A stretch of DNA of 64,000 nt from Bacteroidota bacterium (lineage in GTDB: Bacteria; Bacteroidota; Bacteroidia; UKL13-3), in NCBI GenBank assembly GCA_947460345.1, contig CANHGM010000006.1, forward strand, positions 30,456 through 94,455, written 5' to 3'. Numbering within the stretch: position 1 is the stretch's first letter; every line of letters begins with the position of its first letter. Position numbers and translations under genes: made by a program. Positions 56,653 to 64,000 of the stretch are shown here, in pieces. The notes under the pieces are model-generated. The model did no database searches, was not told the origin of the DNA, and worked only from the letters and a program-made list of their open reading frames with translations.

Positions 56653-57420
56653 TTGAAACAATCTAAAAAAGTATTTGGACTTATTGGTTATCCATTAGAA
56701 CACTCCTTTTCTCAAAAATATTTTACAGAAAAGTTTAAACAATTAAATCTCTTAGGTTATAGTTATAAACTATTCCCATTAGACCATATCATGCAGTTTC
56801 CTGAGTTAATCATGAGAAATACAAATCTAGCGGGGCTTAATGTAACAATACCCTATAAAGAAGATATTATGAACTTTTTAGATCAGATAGAACATGAAGC
56901 ATCAGATGTTGGTGCTGTAAATACTATAAAAATTAGACAAACGGCAGGAGATGTAATAGTAAAAGGATACAATACTGATATATATGGATTTGAAAATTCA
57001 TTAGTACCATTTATAGGAAGCAGTCCACTTAAGGCTTTGGTTTTCGGTTCGGGAGGGGCATCAAAAGCTGTAGTGTATATATTAAAAAAATTAAATATAA
57101 ATTATATAGTTGTTACTAGAAAACCTCAAAACAATTCAACTACTTATACTGATTTAAGTAAAGATATTTACAACGACCATTTACTATGGATAAATACCAC
57201 ACCCGTCGGAATGTCTCCTCATGATAATGAGCACTTACCCATTGATTTTGACAGTATCACAAGTAAACATTTTATATATGATTTGGTGTATAATCCTGAA
57301 AAAACAATGCTACTTACCGAAGCAGAAAAAAGAGGAGCAAGAATTAAAAATGGGTTAGAAATGTTGCAACTCCAAGCTGAAAAATCTTTTGAAATATGGG
57401 AAGATTCTAAAATAAAATAA
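56653..57420 (+). CDS. aroE: shikimate dehydrogenase
   Basis: 255 aa. VFGLIGYPLEHSFS, LNVTIPYKE, GAVNT, GYNTD, GSGGASKA. TTG start. Confidence 0.8.
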   Translation: MKQSKKVFGLIGYPLEHSFSQKYFTEKFKQLNLLGYSYKLFPLDHIMQFPELIMRNTNLAGLNVTIPYKEDIMNFLDQIEHEASDVGAVNTIKIRQTAGDVIVKGYNTDIYGFENSLVPFIGSSPLKALVFGSGGASKAVVYILKKLNINYIVVTRKPQNNSTTYTDLSKDIYNDHLLWINTTPVGMSPHDNEHLPIDFDSITSKHFIYDLVYNPEKTMLLTEAEKRGARIKNGLEMLQLQAEKSFEIWEDSKIK

Positions 57421-57440
57421 TTAGATAAATAGTGCATACT

Positions 57441-57448
57441 TATTTTTG
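57441..57448 (+). promoter_or_regulatory. putative -7 box for holB-PSP1
   Basis: TATTTTTG, 12 nt upstream of the ATG at 57461. Confidence 0.5.
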
Positions 57449-57460
57449 CACTTATAAACC

Positions 57461-58564
57461 ATGCAATTTTCTCAAGTTATAGGCCATAAGTCGCTAAAAG
57501 AGCATCTAGCTCAATCTATTATTCAAGGGAGAGTTGCTCATGCTCAATTGTTTTTGGCTAAAGAAGGCTGTGGTGCTTTGCCACTGGCATTGGCTTATGC
57601 TACCATGGTTAATTGTACAAATCCAATCGAAGCCGATAGTTGTGGTACTTGCAATAGTTGTAAAAAAATGGCCCAGTTTATTCATTCAGATTTGCATTTT
57701 ACTTTTCCAACTATAAGTCCTGCCAAACAAAGTAAAGAGTTTATTAGCGAATGGAGAAATGCACTGCTTTCTATTCCATATATGGGATATAAACAATGGT
57801 TACAAAATATAAAAGCTGAAAATAAACAAGGAAATATAACTGCTGATGAAACAAGAGATATTATTAGAAGGCTTGGCTTAAAGCAGGTTGAAGGAAAATT
57901 TAAAATTCAGATTATATGGGGAACTGAATATTTAGGTCTTGGTGGTAATATTTTGCTTAAATTACTTGAAGAGCCACCAGAGAATACTTTATTAATACTA
58001 ATAGCTGAAGATAGTGATAAAATTTTACCTACAATTTTATCTAGAACACAAGTAATTAAAATTCCAAACTATACTGCTTTCGAGATTTCACATGCATTAA
58101 TTGAATTAGAAAATTGTGATGCCTCTAAAGCTAGTCAAATAGGTTCTATCTCTTCAGGTAATTGGAATATTGCATTAAACTTATTTGAACAAGCTGATAA
58201 CGATTTACTTCAATTATTAAAAGATTTTTTAAATGGATGTTTAAAAAACAAAGATAGAAAAGAATTTTTAGAGTTAATAGATAAGCTTTCTCAATCGGGC
58301 AGAGATCCATTAAAAATGTTTTTCGAATACTTTTTAATGATTCTAGAAAAAAGCACAGTATATAAATATACCAACGAAGAACCTCCTGTTCCTGGAGATG
58401 CAGAAAGAATTTTTATAGTGAAATTAGCTGAAAAGGTTGATTCACAAAAAATAAATATACTTATGGATGAGTTAAATAAGTCTCACTATTATATAGAAAG
58501 AAATGGCAATCCTAAGTTAGTGTTATTTAACTTATATTTGTGGGTTAGAAATTGTTTAGGATAA
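57461..58564 (+). CDS. holB: DNA polymerase III delta' subunit
   Basis: 367 aa. GRVAHAQLF, zinc module CGTCNSCKK, LLKLLEEPPENT, SRTQ sensor motif. Confidence 0.75.
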   Translation: MQFSQVIGHKSLKEHLAQSIIQGRVAHAQLFLAKEGCGALPLALAYATMVNCTNPIEADSCGTCNSCKKMAQFIHSDLHFTFPTISPAKQSKEFISEWRNALLSIPYMGYKQWLQNIKAENKQGNITADETRDIIRRLGLKQVEGKFKIQIIWGTEYLGLGGNILLKLLEEPPENTLLILIAEDSDKILPTILSRTQVIKIPNYTAFEISHALIELENCDASKASQIGSISSGNWNIALNLFEQADNDLLQLLKDFLNGCLKNKDRKEFLELIDKLSQSGRDPLKMFFEYFLMILEKSTVYKYTNEEPPVPGDAERIFIVKLAEKVDSQKINILMDELNKSHYYIERNGNPKLVLFNLYLWVRNCLG

Positions 58565-58637
58565 ATAATATATAGTCAATTTCTAAACTTAAAAATAACG
58601 ATAACTGCCTGTAAAAGGCATCAATATAGAAAAAAAT

Positions 58638-59963
58638 ATGTCATGTTCAAGTTGTGGTTCCGGTGGATGTTCGCCGGCAGGTTGCAAAGACAATGGTCAT
58701 TGTAGCACAGGTGGTTGTAATAAATTAAATGTATATGATTGGTTGGGGGGAATGGCATTGCCGCCAAATTACAAGCCGTTTGATATTGTTGAAGTTAGGT
58801 TTAAAGGCAGTAGAAAGGAATATTTTAGAAACTCAAATCAATTAGAAATATTTACGGGTGACTTAATAGTTGTAGATGCTGAAAGTGGTTATGATATAGG
58901 CCATGTGTCACTCAAAGGCGAATTGGTAAAATTGCAACTCAAAAAGAATGGTATAAAAGAAGACAGTGTAGATTTACCAAAAATTTTAAGAATTGCTAAA
59001 GATACTGATACACAAAAATATAAAGATGTAAAAGCTGAAGAACCTATAGTGCTTCAAAGAGCTAGAACTTTAGCCCTTCAAATGAAGTTACAAATGAAGT
59101 TAAGCGACATAGAGTTTAGAGGTGATAGAAAAAAAGTTACTTTCTTTTACACAGCTGAAGATAGAGTAGATTTTAGAGAATTGATAAAAAAGTATGCCGA
59201 TGAATTTAAAACCAGAATAGAAATGCGTCAAATTGGTTACAGACAAGAAGCAGCAAGACTTGGCGGCATAGGTAGCTGTGGCCGCGAATTGTGTTGTTCT
59301 ACTTGGCTTACTGATTTTAAAATTGTAAATGTTGGGGCTGCTAGGTATCAGAATCTTTCATTAAATCCACTTAAACTTCAAGGACAATGTGGAAGACTAA
59401 AGTGCTGTTTAAATTTTGAGTTAGATACATACATGGAATCACTGAGCGACTTCCCTAAAGATACAGAAAAAATTAGGTTAGAAACACAAATTGGTCCTGC
59501 TAGGTCTATTAAAACAGATATACTTAAAAAAATTATTTGGTTTGCATATGAAGGTGGAATTTCTACTGATTGGATTCCTGTTCATGTAAAAGATGTAAAT
59601 GAATATATAGCATTAAACAAACAAGGAATTAAGCCAGAACGACTTGGTGAGTATGATAAAGTTGGTGAACCTGAAAAAATGAAAACCGCTACTGAAGAGT
59701 TTGAAGGTAGTTTAACTCGGATGGAAAATCGAGGAAGAAACAACAACCAAAAGTCTAGAAACAACAACAGGCCGAACAGTCAAAATAGGAATCCTAACAA
59801 CCAAGTAAACTCAGGACAAGATAAGTTAGAAAACAACCCTAACAAAAATCCTAATGCTAAGCCTAATAGACCACCACATCGCAACAACAACAATAAGCCG
59901 CCTCAAGGTAATAAGCCGCCTATCAAAGGATTTCAGCCGCCACAGCCCCCAAAAGAAAGTTAA
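58638..59963 (+). CDS. PSP1 domain protein (RicT/YaaT-like) with Cys-rich N-terminus and Asn/Pro-rich C-terminal tail
   Basis: 441 aa. N-terminus CSSCGSGGCSPAGCKDNGHCSTGGC. PSP1 core includes GSCGRELCCSTWL and QCGRLKCCLNFE. The last ~75 aa are N/P/Q/K low complexity. The holB-PSP1 adjacency mirrors Bacillus holB-yaaT. Confidence 0.75.
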   Translation: MSCSSCGSGGCSPAGCKDNGHCSTGGCNKLNVYDWLGGMALPPNYKPFDIVEVRFKGSRKEYFRNSNQLEIFTGDLIVVDAESGYDIGHVSLKGELVKLQLKKNGIKEDSVDLPKILRIAKDTDTQKYKDVKAEEPIVLQRARTLALQMKLQMKLSDIEFRGDRKKVTFFYTAEDRVDFRELIKKYADEFKTRIEMRQIGYRQEAARLGGIGSCGRELCCSTWLTDFKIVNVGAARYQNLSLNPLKLQGQCGRLKCCLNFELDTYMESLSDFPKDTEKIRLETQIGPARSIKTDILKKIIWFAYEGGISTDWIPVHVKDVNEYIALNKQGIKPERLGEYDKVGEPEKMKTATEEFEGSLTRMENRGRNNNQKSRNNNRPNSQNRNPNNQVNSGQDKLENNPNKNPNAKPNRPPHRNNNNKPPQGNKPPIKGFQPPQPPKES

Positions 59964-59965
59964 AA

Positions 59966-61018
59966 TTACTCTCTAATTCTAGGGTCTAACCATCTATAGC
60001 TGATATCTACTAATAAATTTACGATTACGAACATAGAAGCTACAGCTACCACGGCACCCATCACTACAGGTAAGTCAGATTTGTCTAGAGCCTCTACTGT
60101 TACTTTTCCAATTCCTTTCCAGTTAAATACATACTCAACAAAAAAAGCTCCAGCCATAAGAGAAGCAAACCATCCTGAAATAGCTGTAATTACAGGATTT
60201 AAAGCATTAGGCAACGCATGTCTTTTTACAACTTCAAATAATGAAAGTCCTTTGGCTTTTGCAGTTCTTATATAGTCTTGTTGTAACACTTCTAGCATAG
60301 AACTTCTTGTAAGCTGTATAATGATAGCCAGTGGTCGAATGCCTAAAGTAAAAGCAGGTAATATTATATTTCTCCATCGTATATAATTTCCAGTTTCTAA
60401 ATCATAATCTAGAAAACTACCTGTCATATCTAATACAGTATATTTAGAAAGATAGAAACCGAAAAGCCATGATATAATGATTGCAGCAAAAAACGATGGT
60501 AAAGAAATACCAATTGTAGACACAAGTAAGATGGTTTTATCTTGCCATTTGTCTTTATAAATAGAGCAGATAACGCCTAAAAAAATACCTACCAAAGTTG
60601 CAAAAAACATTGCAGCAAATGCCAAAATAAACGTTCCAACCAATGATGAAGCCACTATATCATAAACACTTTGCCTACTTTGATATGATTGACGTAAATA
60701 TGGTTTTTTAATGACAACTGCTTTATTCGAAAATTGAACTAGATGAATATACTTATATTTAATTTGATTCTCGTTATTGTCTTCATAAATAGATATGGGC
60801 ATCAAATCGTTTATATATAATAATAATCTAGTGGCCATTGGTTTATCTAGACCAAACTCTTTATTAATTGCTTCAATGCTTTTGGTGTCAGTTCTCTGTC
60901 CCATGGTCATACTTGCTGCATTATCAGCAGAAATATTAAACAAAACAAAAACTAACACGATAACACCAAGAAGTACTGAAAGGCTATATATTATTTTTTT
61001 GAATAGATAAGTTAACAT
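59966..61018 (-). CDS. ABC transporter permease, Opp/Dpp (BPD_transp_1) type, without partner genes nearby
   Basis: Start moved from the track TTG at 61030 (inside the -7 box) to the ATG at 61018 (MLTYLFKKIIYSL..). 6 TM segments. EAA-like region DYIRTAKAKGLS....V.RHALPNAL. Confidence 0.75.
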   Translation of the reverse strand: MLTYLFKKIIYSLSVLLGVIVLVFVLFNISADNAASMTMGQRTDTKSIEAINKEFGLDKPMATRLLLYINDLMPISIYEDNNENQIKYKYIHLVQFSNKAVVIKKPYLRQSYQSRQSVYDIVASSLVGTFILAFAAMFFATLVGIFLGVICSIYKDKWQDKTILLVSTIGISLPSFFAAIIISWLFGFYLSKYTVLDMTGSFLDYDLETGNYIRWRNIILPAFTLGIRPLAIIIQLTRSSMLEVLQQDYIRTAKAKGLSLFEVVKRHALPNALNPVITAISGWFASLMAGAFFVEYVFNWKGIGKVTVEALDKSDLPVVMGAVVAVASMFVIVNLLVDISYRWLDPRIRE

Positions 61019-61027
61019 GATTGGCAG

Positions 61028-61035
61028 CAAATGTA
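61028..61035 (-). promoter_or_regulatory. putative -7 box for the permease gene
   Basis: Plus strand CAAATGTA, which is TACATTTG on the minus strand. It lies 9 nt upstream of the ATG at 61018. Confidence 0.45.
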
Positions 61036-61048
61036 TTTATGAATAAAT

Positions 61049-61080
61049 AAAAAACCCGACTCAAATGAGTCGGGTTTTTA
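61049..61080. terminator. rho-independent (bidirectional-looking) terminator after the T9SS cargo gene
   Basis: 8-bp GC-rich stem CCCGACTC (61055..61062) / GAGTCGGG (61067..61074) with a 4-nt loop, an A-run on the left and a T-run on the right. Lies 20 nt after the stop codon (61101..61103) in the minus direction. Confidence 0.85.
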
Positions 61081-61100
61081 AATTGATTAGTTTAAATTGA

Positions 61101-63143
61101 TTAGTGAGCAACTAAAACTGGTTTAGTTACTTTGAAATCTCCACTGATAATATTTACTAAATAAGCACCAGTTTGAATGTTGCTAGTATTTAGTTCAATA
61201 TTTTGTTCACCTGGAGCTAATGTTTTAGATACTTGAGTTGAAACAACTTGACCTAACATGTTAACTACTTCAATTTTAACGATACCTTCACTAACTAAGT
61301 TAAAGTTTACATTAGTAGAAGCATTAGCAGGGTTAGGGTATACATTAACTGAAGTAGCCATTTTATTTTCAGCTACACCAGTATTCCAAGATACCGCGTT
61401 AGCAGCTTGGTAAACTTCTTTAGTTGCTGTATTTTGTAACCAAACAACTACTTCTAAGTTGTTAAAGTTTTCAACTGAATGCTCTTTAGTTAAATCAATA
61501 CGAGTTTGACCATTTGGAGCTAATTTGTAGCTACCTGGGAACGTATAAACTACGTTATAGTCAACTGGGTTGTTAGCTTTTAAGCTAGTCATCACTGCAC
61601 CATTTTGGTTAGGATGCATTTTTTTAACTACGTGTTCAAATTCAGTTTCACCATTAGATTTCACATTTTGAGTAGTTATTTTTTCCATGATAGCAATATA
61701 TAATTTAGTAGTAGATGGAAGATCAATATATGATTTAGCATTTACATCAATTCCTACTGATTGACCAGAAACATGGTAAGTTGCTTTTAGTTCTACAACA
61801 GTAGGAATTTGTTGGTATTGATCAAAAATGGCATTAGTTAATGAATTTGCATTGCCATCCCATCCACCATCAATTTCCATACGTGGAATAGAATTGATAC
61901 CATAGAAAGTACCACGACGAGCAACTGTTTCGTTTGTTGCATATGGGTCGCCAGTACCAGGGAAGTCTTGTTGGTATTTAACTGTTGCATAAGTACCGGC
62001 AGTTTTACCATCAACTATATTTTTTTGATTTACATTTCCTGGAACACAGGGTCCACAAGTAGCTGAAGTGAATATTTCATGTAAAGTTACTCTTTCAACA
62101 GATTTAGCAATCACATTAATAGTGGCAGATTTTTTATCGTTAGAAGTATCGCCATCAGCATTGCTACCATTAAAATCAGAAGCCCAAACTACTAAGTTAA
62201 AAGCGCCTTCAGTAGCTGAGTTAAATGGAGTTCCATGTGTAAAATCATAAGAACCTGCACCATAACCAGCTATGTTAACTCCAGTAACATTTTGAGTTAC
62301 TACAGCACCATTGTCTATTTGGTAATTCAAGTTAAAAGATGTAATAGCAGTAGCACCAATGTTCACTAAAGTACCTTTTACAGGAATATTTTGGTTTTTG
62401 CCATAGAATTTTTGAAGATCGATATTGGTTACAGTAGCATTATAAGCAGGTACATTTCCATAAATAAATTTGTACACATCGCTTTCAGCAGCTACATAGC
62501 TACCATTTTTACCACCAAAACCCATATTAGGAGCACCAGCAACATTAAGTCCTTGTGTTCCGTCAGAATTATTAACGCCAGTAGTAGCAGAGAAAGATCC
62601 AAAACCGTAATTTAATACGATATCAAAATCACCAGCTTCATATAATCTTATAGCAAAATAAGTTATATCTTTTCCAGATGTTGCTGAAGCTTGAGCCAAA
62701 CGCCATTGGATTACGTGAACTCTATTAGGAGTTGCACCATAAGTAAAAGTTTTGATATCAGATGGGAATGTGGTGGCACCAGAAGTAACTGTTTGTAATT
62801 TCAAATCATCCCAAAATGCAAAAATTGCATTCTTAGGTGCTGATGCATTAGGTAAAGTAGTATTGGCAGTTACGTCAGCAGTTTGAGTTACATCAAAGGT
62901 AATATAACCACTTGTACTTGCTTTGAATTTTGTTACGGCAGTACCATAAAAATTCCAAGCAAAAGGTAATGTTTGTTCAGCAGATAATGCAGCAGTAGCA
63001 GGAGCAGCAGTTACTGAAGTAGATCCAGTAGCATTCAAATCGTAGGGAGCAGCAGTACCTTTCGATTTAAGAAAGTAGTACCCTTGTCCTTGAGCCCAAC
63101 CGAAAACGGCTAAAAGGCTAACCATTAGTAATGATTTTTTCAT
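61101..63143 (-). CDS. T9SS type-A cargo protein of unknown function with an internal CGPC (thioredoxin-like CxxC) motif
   Basis: 680 aa with signal peptide MKKSLLMVSLLAVFGWAQGQ. HEIFTSATCGPCVPGN, with CGPC codons at 62046..62057. The C-terminal 82 aa (61104..61349), VNVYPNPANASTNVNFNL..GAYLVNII..VLVAH, form a Por_Secre_tail-type CTD. Confidence 0.75.
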   Translation of the reverse strand: MKKSLLMVSLLAVFGWAQGQGYYFLKSKGTAAPYDLNATGSTSVTAAPATAALSAEQTLPFAWNFYGTAVTKFKASTSGYITFDVTQTADVTANTTLPNASAPKNAIFAFWDDLKLQTVTSGATTFPSDIKTFTYGATPNRVHVIQWRLAQASATSGKDITYFAIRLYEAGDFDIVLNYGFGSFSATTGVNNSDGTQGLNVAGAPNMGFGGKNGSYVAAESDVYKFIYGNVPAYNATVTNIDLQKFYGKNQNIPVKGTLVNIGATAITSFNLNYQIDNGAVVTQNVTGVNIAGYGAGSYDFTHGTPFNSATEGAFNLVVWASDFNGSNADGDTSNDKKSATINVIAKSVERVTLHEIFTSATCGPCVPGNVNQKNIVDGKTAGTYATVKYQQDFPGTGDPYATNETVARRGTFYGINSIPRMEIDGGWDGNANSLTNAIFDQYQQIPTVVELKATYHVSGQSVGIDVNAKSYIDLPSTTKLYIAIMEKITTQNVKSNGETEFEHVVKKMHPNQNGAVMTSLKANNPVDYNVVYTFPGSYKLAPNGQTRIDLTKEHSVENFNNLEVVVWLQNTATKEVYQAANAVSWNTGVAENKMATSVNVYPNPANASTNVNFNLVSEGIVKIEVVNMLGQVVSTQVSKTLAPGEQNIELNTSNIQTGAYLVNIISGDFKVTKPVLVAH

Positions 63144-63147
63144 TGTG

Positions 63148-63221
63148 TTAATTAATTGTTTATTTCAAATATTAGGGCGCTAAAATAATCATTTATTAAT
63201 TAATAACAAAAATTAATTAAT
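63148..63221. repeat. three exact copies of TTAATTAAT upstream of the T9SS cargo gene
   Basis: Copies at 63148..63156, 63196..63204 and 63213..63221. Each contains the palindrome TTAATTAA. Confidence 0.3.
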
Positions 63222-63327
63222 GCATCAATCACATTTTAAAATATAAGTAAGAAAAAAATATTTAGATATATTTTTAATCATGCATTTTTACTAAAAAAAT
63301 AATTTTAACTCCTTTTGGTGCTTTTAT

Positions 63328-63939
63328 ATGAATAGTATATTTGCATCTATGAAAAATAACCACAGAACTCGTTCTTTACTTCGCAAAATGCTCAATTATT
63401 TTTTGAAAGGATTGTTGTTTTGTGTTCCTGTCTTTGTTACTTTTTATATCATCTTTAGTATGCTATCTTGGACAGATAGTTTAATTCCGCTAAAAATCAA
63501 AGGTTTAGGTTTTGTTATTGTCATCACATTTATTACACTTGTTGGTTATTTTGGTAGTGGAATTCTCTCCAAGCCTATCTTCGATTTGTTTGATGATGTG
63601 CTTAGCAAAACACCCGGCATAAATAGAATTTATAATGTTGTAAAAGACATGATTGAAGCGATGGTTGGCGATAAAAGAACGTTTAAAGAACCCGTTTTGG
63701 TAGAGATGAGTTCTAATGGAATTGCGAAATTGGGTTTTGTTACTCAAAAAGATTTATCAGCTATAGCAATTGATGGGTATGTTGCAGTTTACTTTCCTCA
63801 TGCATATGCAATATCAGGCGATTTATATATGGTACCAATAGATAAACTAAAACCTATTCAATCAAAATATCCTATTCTTCCTTTTATTATGAGTGGTGGA
63901 GTAGCCGAACTTGAAGATATGGACACACATAAGAAATAG
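63328..63939 (+). CDS. DUF502-like two-TM membrane protein
   Basis: 203 aa from the ATG at 63328. N-terminal pattern LRKMLNYFLKGLLFCVPVFVTFYI plus a second TM, and a GD..MVP region near the C-terminus. An alternative ATG at 63349 lies 5 nt after a -7 box, so the start is ambiguous. Confidence 0.55.
   Translation: MNSIFASMKNNHRTRSLLRKMLNYFLKGLLFCVPVFVTFYIIFSMLSWTDSLIPLKIKGLGFVIVITFITLVGYFGSGILSKPIFDLFDDVLSKTPGINRIYNVVKDMIEAMVGDKRTFKEPVLVEMSSNGIAKLGFVTQKDLSAIAIDGYVAVYFPHAYAISGDLYMVPIDKLKPIQSKYPILPFIMSGGVAELEDMDTHKK
63336..63343 (+). promoter_or_regulatory. putative -7 box inside or upstream of the DUF502-like gene
   Basis: TATATTTG, 5 nt before the ATG at 63349. If functional, the mRNA would be leaderless and the CDS would start at 63349. 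Confidence 0.3.
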
Positions 63940-63989
63940 ATAGTATTTCTCTTATGCTTTTTAGCTTCACTAGTTTGCTTAAATTCTCT

Positions 63990-63997
63990 TACTTTTG
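63990..63997 (+). promoter_or_regulatory. putative -7 box for a gene beyond the right window edge
   Basis: TACTTTTG in the final 11 nt of the window, in non-coding sequence after the stop at 63939. Confidence 0.35.
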
Positions 63998-64000
63998 CAG

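Noticed and set aside
58606-58620. Small hairpin TGCCT-GTAAA-AGGCA between holB and the PSP1 gene.
   Set aside because: Only a 5-bp stem with no T-run. The genes are probably co-transcribed and there is no evidence of function.
1-64000. Very frequent TATATATA/ATATATAT runs, in intergenic regions and in genes (seen as YIY/IYI in the proteins).
   Set aside because: Most likely a consequence of about 30-35% G+C and Tyr/Ile-rich codon usage. The runs show no fixed length, spacing or flanking inverted repeats that would indicate a repeat family. A k-mer enrichment test would be needed to say more.
1-64000. Search by eye for CRISPR repeats, tRNA/rRNA genes, transposases or integrases, restriction-modification, toxin-antitoxin or other defence-type genes, and long direct or inverted DNA repeats.
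   Set aside because: None found. Every intergenic gap is 260 bp or shorter and contains only promoter-like or terminator-like elements. The only large-scale repetition is the diverged PKD domain array within one gene.

Overview
Dense, almost entirely protein-coding chromosomal segment (about 47 genes) from an AT-rich member of the Bacteroidota. The phylum call rests on T9SS components (porU-porV), three cargo proteins with T9SS C-terminal sorting domains, mutY-ssb-gldE synteny, a TonB-dependent receptor paired with DUF4249, and recurrent TAnnTTTG -7 promoter boxes. I found no rRNA, tRNA, CRISPR array, transposase, integrase or recognisable defence genes, so this looks like core genome rather than a mobile island. 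Main blocks: (i) cell-envelope and lipid genes (mltG, a CDF transporter, a soluble acyl-ACP desaturase); (ii) an ECF sigma factor with a linked TM/beta-barrel-like protein and a small OMP-like protein; (iii) a long co-directional minus-strand array, lpdA, ABC exporter, mutY, ssb, gldE, membrane protein, fabK-like, then bioB-bioF-bioD-bioA, a di-iron protein and an SDR; (iv) accA, rodA and a TPR protein; (v) a T9SS block with an unusually long PorU, PorV, a 2415-aa protein with 22 PKD domains and a type-B CTD, and a Kelch/Ig cargo protein; (vi) a small surface-polysaccharide cluster (C-methyltransferase, GMD-family enzyme, glycosyltransferase, acyltransferase, flippase); (vii) housekeeping genes (CBS-domain cystathionine beta-synthase-like, SprT-like, TBDR, menE-like, aroE, holB, PSP1/RicT, an orphan permease, a further T9SS cargo, DUF502). 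The best candidate for undescribed biology is a ferritin-like di-iron ORF tightly coupled to bioA in a biotin operon that has no recognisable pimelate-arm gene in this window, with an atypical SDR downstream. Second is the ECF sigma module, whose partner protein combines an inner-membrane anchor with an OM-barrel-like domain. Several ORF-track starts are artefacts: the caller used the TTG inside the -7 promoter box, and I corrected them. All family assignments come from motif recognition by eye; no database search was run.
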